DNA of 64,000 bases, from assembly GCA_014727915.1 (NCBI GenBank), contig WJMO01000006.1, forward strand, positions 65,376 to 129,375, given 5' to 3'. The stretch comes from Candidatus Altiarchaeales archaeon (lineage in GTDB: Archaea > Altiarchaeota > Altiarchaeia > IMC4 > SCGC-AAA252-I15). A program made the translations under genes and the position numbers. Positions within the stretch are counted from its first letter, which is position 1, and every line of letters begins with the position of its first letter. This document shows positions 59,273 through 64,000 of the stretch, one piece after another. The notes beneath the pieces are model-generated. The model worked only from the letters and a program-made list of their open reading frames with translations, was not told the origin of the DNA and searched no databases.

Positions 59273-59581
59273 TCATTCCTTCTGTTTTTTTGTCGTTTTC
59301 CGGATGATTATGGCGGTGGCGCAGAGTAGTACGAAGGTGTTGGCTGTTATTATGATGATGTCTGACTGTAGTATGCCGTGTATTATCCAGCAGAGTGAGG
59401 CGAAGAAGGCTAGGACGTAGGTTTTCGTGGATATTGCGGAGAGGTCCTTCTCCGTGTACGCCCGGGCTACCTGGGGTATGAACTGGACCGACGTCAGCAC
59501 TACCGCCGCCCAGCCGATGTGCTCCAAAACCATGGTAATAGAATGGGCGAGAGATAAAATAACACCCCCAGCCAAATGCAC
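59273..59581 (-). CDS. SemiSWEET-like 3-TM PQ-loop transporter
   Basis: 102 aa, 3 TM, PQ motif (QFIPQVARAY). Confidence 0.55.
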   Translation of the reverse strand: MHLAGGVILSLAHSITMVLEHIGWAAVVLTSVQFIPQVARAYTEKDLSAISTKTYVLAFFASLCWIIHGILQSDIIIITANTFVLLCATAIIIRKTTKKQKE

Positions 59582-59801
59582 GCCAGCGGTTTCCAGGCCT
59601 TAAACCGGCGTTTTAACCGGTTTCCCTGGGTTTTTTATACTGGTTTGGGCATTATTGTATTTATCAGATTGTTTTGGCTTGGGTGTTATGGCACCCGGGT
59701 TGGAGGACAGAGGGGATTTAACCTGTTATAGGGTCGTGGATGCGGCTTTTAGTTTCTGCAGGGGGCATTTGAAGCCCCGACTTATAAGTTGAATATTTGA
59801 C

Positions 59802-60296
59802 ATGGAATCTGCATATGCTATGCCTGGGTTGGAGAACATGCGCCTGTGCATGGCGGAAGACCTAGAGCAGATACGGGAGGTTATGGTTGAGTCGGGGGTG
59901 TTCTCAGAGTTTGAGGTCTTGAACCTCATGGACATGATAGGAGAGTACGTTGGTGACGTAAGCGGGGACCTTATGACATACTGCTACGTTATCGAGGGAC
60001 ATGTTGGAGGATTCATCTCATTCGGCACGGGCTTGGGTGTGGGAACCTATGAAGTGTATTGGATATGCGTTAGCCCAAAGCACTCCGGGAACGGTATTGG
60101 GACTGCGTTGGTCAGGTTCGCCGAAGAATACATCAGGGGGAGGAGGGGAAGGGCGATATTCATCGAGACCTCGTCTTCTCGGGGATACGAGGGGGCTAGG
60201 AGGCTGTATGAGAAGATGGGGTACGATTTGGCTGCTCGGGTGGAGGACTACTACAACGAGGGAGACCATAAGCTGGTATATTTGAAAAAGCTCTGA
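59802..60296 (+). CDS. GNAT family N-acetyltransferase
   Basis: Acetyl-CoA binding motif YWICVSPKHSGNGIGTALV. Confidence 0.7.
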   Translation: MESAYAMPGLENMRLCMAEDLEQIREVMVESGVFSEFEVLNLMDMIGEYVGDVSGDLMTYCYVIEGHVGGFISFGTGLGVGTYEVYWICVSPKHSGNGIGTALVRFAEEYIRGRRGRAIFIETSSSRGYEGARRLYEKMGYDLAARVEDYYNEGDHKLVYLKKL

Positions 60297-60314
60297 ATGG
60301 GGGGGCGAGGGGTT

Positions 60315-61874
60315 TCACTTGGTTCTCTCCCCTATAACCCTGAGTTTTTCCTGTATCATCCGGGTGTCGTCCGGGTCTGCCATGTCGTATGCTGGCTGGT
60401 AGCTCTGAGTCAGGGATGCTGCGCGGGCTGACATCTCAGGTGTATACCGGCCTGGGTTGTCTGATATGTGCTGGGCTGCGAGGTCGGCGCGTATGAATGC
60501 TGGGAGGTGCTGGTTAGGCTGCACCAGTCGCTCCCACCATAGGTCTCGCTCTCCCTCGGCTGCCGTGAGGAACATGGCCGCGTCCCGTGGGGATCCTAGC
60601 AGCCGCAGGTCCGCTTCGAACGCCCGGGCCTCATCTGGTAGGGTCGGGTAGCCGGACAGGTCCGAGAAGTCCATGGAGTCTGCAATGGGCGTCCCAACAT
60701 CCTGGGAGCTCCGGTGGACAGCCCATTGCCCGGGTTCGAAAGATCCTGTTTTGGAGGTCTGCGTAGTGGTTGTTTTGGGAGTGTGAACGGGGGCCTTGGG
60801 GTCTTTTTTCTCTAGTTCTGCGAGTTTGTCGGCTGCTATCCTCCCCCTTGGGTTCAGGTCCATTGCGAGCTCATATGCTCTCCTGGCGTTGACTTCATCA
60901 TGTAAGGCGTCGTAGAGGAGTCCCATGGTCGTGTATGACATGGAGGCAGCGTAGTGGAAGCTACGGACAGCATCCCTGAAATCCCGGTCAGAGAGGGCTT
61001 TACGAGCCTCTTGCAGCTTCTGAGGTATTCCGAGGACTGAGACCGCGGCTTGGGCGTATGGAAGCCCGGACTCCAGGGCAGGGGCTATCTCCCCCCTGGG
61101 CGGGTTTGCAAAGGGAACCCTGTGGTAGGCTAGGCTCGCCATGTTGTTCAACACCCAGTTGGCGTTCATCATGTCCCGGTGGTTGCCCGCAACAGCGTCG
61201 AAGTCGAGCTCCAAGGGGTTGGAAGTGCCTCCCTGCCCGGCTTTATGGGGTAGTGTAATAAGCCAGCTGTTACCTGCCTTTGAGGCTGCGTCGATTATGC
61301 GAACGCATTCCCTGTCCGGGTCTGAAACGGACCCCTGCAGGTCCTCCCTCTTCAAAGCGGCTGCCATGCTAGTGAAATACCTGACTGCAACGAAGTTCCG
61401 GGGGTCCAGGAGTGTTGAACGTTCCAGCAGGTCCAATGCGGTCGCCTTGTCTCCGGACTTCTCGTCCACGTATATGCCTAGAACTCCTGTGGCGGTGGAC
61501 AGGTACTCCCTGTGGTGGGCTGGCACAGAAGCGGCAAGCTCCTCAGGAGGGTGTCGCTGGACTGCAGCGATGACCTCGCTCCTCTGCGTGCTCTTAGGCA
61601 TGCCATAGTATGCTCTAAGCACTGTCAGGCAGTTCTTGCGGGCGTAATCGTATCTTTGCTCGGCTTCGGCCATCTCCCGCTCGGCGGCATCATCTTCACC
61701 CCGGTTCCTGCAGCCGTGGGCCCTTCTCCGGCCTTCAGTGTAGGCCTTGTAGTCGTAGCGGATGAACCTGCTGTGCTTGTCCATCTCCGCGGTACGCTCG
61801 TCCATGCTCTCGGGAGCGGGCATCCCATGGGAGTGGACCACCTTCTTACCCATAAGAATGATTTGGAAGCGCAT
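60315..61874 (-). CDS. hypothetical protein with TPR-like helical repeats
   Basis: 519 aa ORF. Confidence 0.45.
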   Translation of the reverse strand: MRFQIILMGKKVVHSHGMPAPESMDERTAEMDKHSRFIRYDYKAYTEGRRRAHGCRNRGEDDAAEREMAEAEQRYDYARKNCLTVLRAYYGMPKSTQRSEVIAAVQRHPPEELAASVPAHHREYLSTATGVLGIYVDEKSGDKATALDLLERSTLLDPRNFVAVRYFTSMAAALKREDLQGSVSDPDRECVRIIDAASKAGNSWLITLPHKAGQGGTSNPLELDFDAVAGNHRDMMNANWVLNNMASLAYHRVPFANPPRGEIAPALESGLPYAQAAVSVLGIPQKLQEARKALSDRDFRDAVRSFHYAASMSYTTMGLLYDALHDEVNARRAYELAMDLNPRGRIAADKLAELEKKDPKAPVHTPKTTTTQTSKTGSFEPGQWAVHRSSQDVGTPIADSMDFSDLSGYPTLPDEARAFEADLRLLGSPRDAAMFLTAAEGERDLWWERLVQPNQHLPAFIRADLAAQHISDNPGRYTPEMSARAASLTQSYQPAYDMADPDDTRMIQEKLRVIGERTK

Positions 61875-61896
61875 GCTTTTATCCGATGACTCTCAT

Positions 61897-62943
61897 ATGT
61901 TATCAGTGTCTCCTGAGAGAGTCGGGCCTGGTGGAAGCAGGTTCTTTCACGGGGTCCATACCGACCGGAAGGGGCGGTTCAAGCGCCTCGACGTCCTAGG
62001 CTTATCCTCCCATCTCAGCTCCAACATCGACGGGCACGTTCACACCAGCGCATCCGACGGCATCAGAACGCCGAGGGAACTCGCCTACGAGGTTTACAAA
62101 AGGAACTTACGGGTTGCTGTCACGGACCATAACACCCTCTCCGGAGCATTGGAGTCCATTAAGGCGCTGGAAGAGTATAGCAGGGTCTTTGGCTTTTCAT
62201 CGGATTCTGAGATAATAGCAGGCATCGAGTTCACGGTGAAGCTTGGGAAGAACATGTTCAACGGCATGAAGAGGATGCATATTCTAGGGGTGGGGATAGA
62301 CCCTTACAACATGCACATATGGGATTGGATGATTGAACAGGACAACACGCGAGAGAATAACATCAGACACGCGTATGATGTGGTGGGAAGCCTCAGGAGG
62401 CAGGGCATAAGGTTCGATGACATGTTCGAAGAGCGTGTAAACGTTTACAATAACGTCTACAAGGCCGTCGCAAGGTCCATGGTATACAATGACCCCAAAC
62501 CGTTTAAGAGGTTTCTGGGCTTCTGGGTGAACGAGAAAAGAGGAGGTTGCTGGAGAAAGGAGGTGAGGTCCGGAGGTTTCGAGAAGAGGATGATCAACAG
62601 GCTTACCGCCATATACGGGGAGTTATCCTCGAGGAAGCCCAGCCTGGAATCTGCAGTGGACATGATAAAGAAGGCAGGAGGGCTGGTCGTCGCGCCCCAT
62701 ATAATGACAACCAGACCGTCATTGAAGCAGTGCTCGGTGAGGGAGCTGGCGGGTTTCTTCGGAAAGCTGGGATCGTACGGAATAGATGCGGTGGAGGCAT
62801 ACCATCCCGCTCACTGCCTGAAAACAGCGGACAGGATAGCCGAATCCGCGTTGAAGTCGGGTTTATCGGTGACTGCGGGATCGGACGCCCACCGACGGGA
62901 GGACCTGCTCGGATTCTTCACGAGGAACTGGAGCATATGCTGA
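61897..62943 (+). CDS. PHP-domain metal-dependent phosphoesterase
   Basis: DGHVHTSASDG (HxH...SDG) PHP signature; start placed at ATG 61897 to avoid overlap with upstream convergent/divergent gene. Confidence 0.6.
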   Translation: MLSVSPERVGPGGSRFFHGVHTDRKGRFKRLDVLGLSSHLSSNIDGHVHTSASDGIRTPRELAYEVYKRNLRVAVTDHNTLSGALESIKALEEYSRVFGFSSDSEIIAGIEFTVKLGKNMFNGMKRMHILGVGIDPYNMHIWDWMIEQDNTRENNIRHAYDVVGSLRRQGIRFDDMFEERVNVYNNVYKAVARSMVYNDPKPFKRFLGFWVNEKRGGCWRKEVRSGGFEKRMINRLTAIYGELSSRKPSLESAVDMIKKAGGLVVAPHIMTTRPSLKQCSVRELAGFFGKLGSYGIDAVEAYHPAHCLKTADRIAESALKSGLSVTAGSDAHRREDLLGFFTRNWSIC

Positions 62944-62946
62944 ATC

Positions 62947-63429
62947 ATGGAAGCCTGCAGCAGCTGCTATGGAATGTGCTGTGAGACGTTCAACGTGCCG
63001 GTGACGGACTCTGACCTGAGGCGGCTAATGGAGTGTGGCGTAGACGTCAGTGATTGTGTGGGCTTCATCAGCATATGTGAGATGAGCTCATCATACCCTG
63101 ATGTCCGATTGGATGATGGATACTACCATATGGTGTTGGAGAGGTTGGGGGGAGCCTGCGTCCTGGCCATTAGAGCAGGTGGGGGTTTAAGGTGTGGAGT
63201 CCACGGCCATCACCACCTCGCCTGCCAGCTATACCCCATAAACGCAGTCACTGGAAAGCCGAAAAAAGGCCACATATGCCATTTTAAGGGGTTTGATGGG
63301 GTTGATCATGCGGGTTTGGGCGAGCGGAATGTTAGAGAGGTTAGGGGGTATGGGAGGAAGGTGCGGGCGTGGAATCAGACGAGAGGAGAACATACTGTTG
63401 AAGGCTTTCTCAAGCACCTGCTCGAGTAG
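62947..63429 (+). CDS. YkgJ-family putative Zn/Fe-chelating protein
   Basis: CSSCYGMCC motif near N-terminus. Confidence 0.5.
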   Translation: MEACSSCYGMCCETFNVPVTDSDLRRLMECGVDVSDCVGFISICEMSSSYPDVRLDDGYYHMVLERLGGACVLAIRAGGGLRCGVHGHHHLACQLYPINAVTGKPKKGHICHFKGFDGVDHAGLGERNVREVRGYGRKVRAWNQTRGEHTVEGFLKHLLE

Positions 63430-63488
63430 ACCGTTCCCCTGGCCACATGCTTGGGTAGATTTATACGTGTCTTACCTCATCTTCTGCT

Positions 63489-64000
63489 ATGAAGGTGGGA
63501 GTGCTCTTCTCAGGCGGGAAGGACTCGGCATACGCGCTGTACAAGGCCTTGGATAAGGAGGATGTCGTCTGCCTTATCACGATAGTGTCGGAGAACCCTG
63601 AGAGCTACATGTTCCACACCCCCAACATAGCCCTAACTGAACTCCAGGCTGAAGCCATGGGGATGCCATTGGTGAAGGTGGCAACCGATGGCGTCAAGGA
63701 GGAGGAGTTGGAGGACTTGAAGAAAGCCATCGAGACCGCGAAGGTGAAATATGGAATCGAGGGTGTTGTGACGGGCGCCGTGGAATCCGTATACCAGGGG
63801 GAGAGGGTGCAGCGGGTCTGCGACGAGCTCGGTCTCTGGTGCTTCAACCCCCTGTGGAAGATGGACCAGATACAGTTGCTCGAGGACATCCTGGAATTCG
63901 GTTTTGAAGTGATTGTCTCGGGTGTTTTCGCGGAGCCGTTCACCAGGGAGTGGCTTGGAAGGCGGGTAGGCCCGGAGGCCATCGACGAGCTGGAAAAAAT
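63489..64000 (+). CDS. PP-loop ATPase, diphthine-ammonia ligase (MJ0570/DPH6)-like; runs off right edge
   Basis: Own translation MKVGVLFSGGKDSAYALYKA... (SGGKDS PP-loop); not in ORF track because open at window end. Confidence 0.6.
   Translation, partial: MKVGVLFSGGKDSAYALYKALDKEDVVCLITIVSENPESYMFHTPNIALTELQAEAMGMPLVKVATDGVKEEELEDLKKAIETAKVKYGIEGVVTGAVESVYQGERVQRVCDELGLWCFNPLWKMDQIQLLEDILEFGFEVIVSGVFAEPFTREWLGRRVGPEAIDELEK

Noticed and set aside
63605-63982. Minus-strand 125-aa ORF
   Set aside because: It is antisense to the well-supported PP-loop ATPase gene (SGGKDS) on the plus strand.

Overview
This window looks like an archaeal chromosome segment. It carries aRF1, aEF-2, aEF-1alpha, eukaryote-type r-proteins (S4e, L29-SUI1-Rpp29-S17 order), RPA with four OB folds, and a tRNA with a 37/38 intron and no encoded CCA. 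GC is roughly mid-50s percent, with an AT-rich block at about 50-58 kb. Five things stand out.

- **T4SS-like DNA-transfer locus (1-12.5 kb, minus strand).** It contains a VirB4/TrbE-like ATPase (cut by the left window edge), a 2-TM protein five nucleotides upstream of it, and two paralogous VirB6-like polytopic membrane proteins with Gly-rich tails. One of these is a 1665-aa giant with a C-terminal HExxH motif. The locus also has a Zn-ribbon protein and a VirB2/TrbC-like pilin followed by a hairpin plus oligo-T terminator. It resembles the archaeal Ced/Ted DNA import or conjugation systems and is the best candidate for an undescribed system.
- **Two tandem GT-C-like polytopic membrane protein paralogs (12.7-16.3 kb).**
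- **Housekeeping genes (16-48 kb).** A stand-alone C-terminal fragment of PheRS beta (B5 plus C-terminal domain only), aRF1, a YhhQ-type transporter, a methyltransferase, an H+-PPase, RPA, a CPBP protease and a secreted transglutaminase-like Cys-rich protein sit upstream of an S10/spc-type r-protein operon. The operon runs L3 to S14 and then joins S7-EF2-EF1a-S10 directly; the usual S8 to SecY segment is absent.
- **tRNA-Glu(UUC) at 48.59-48.76 kb.** It has a 98-nt canonical-position intron. A TATA-like box and a near-perfect second copy of its first 16 nt lie 130 bp upstream.
- **Genomic island (about 48.8-58.4 kb).** A tyrosine integrase reads toward the tRNA 3' end. The island is about 9.7 kb and AT-rich, and it ends at a diverged copy of the tRNA 3' segment at about 58.4 kb. 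It encodes secreted Thr-rich and Cys-rich lipoproteins, stand-alone I9-propeptide-like proteins and an S8 subtilase.

Downstream genes are a TauE/SafE permease, a SemiSWEET, a GNAT acetyltransferase, a PHP phosphoesterase, a YkgJ-like protein and a PP-loop diphthine-ammonia ligase-like gene that runs off the right edge. I found no rRNA genes and no CRISPR array.
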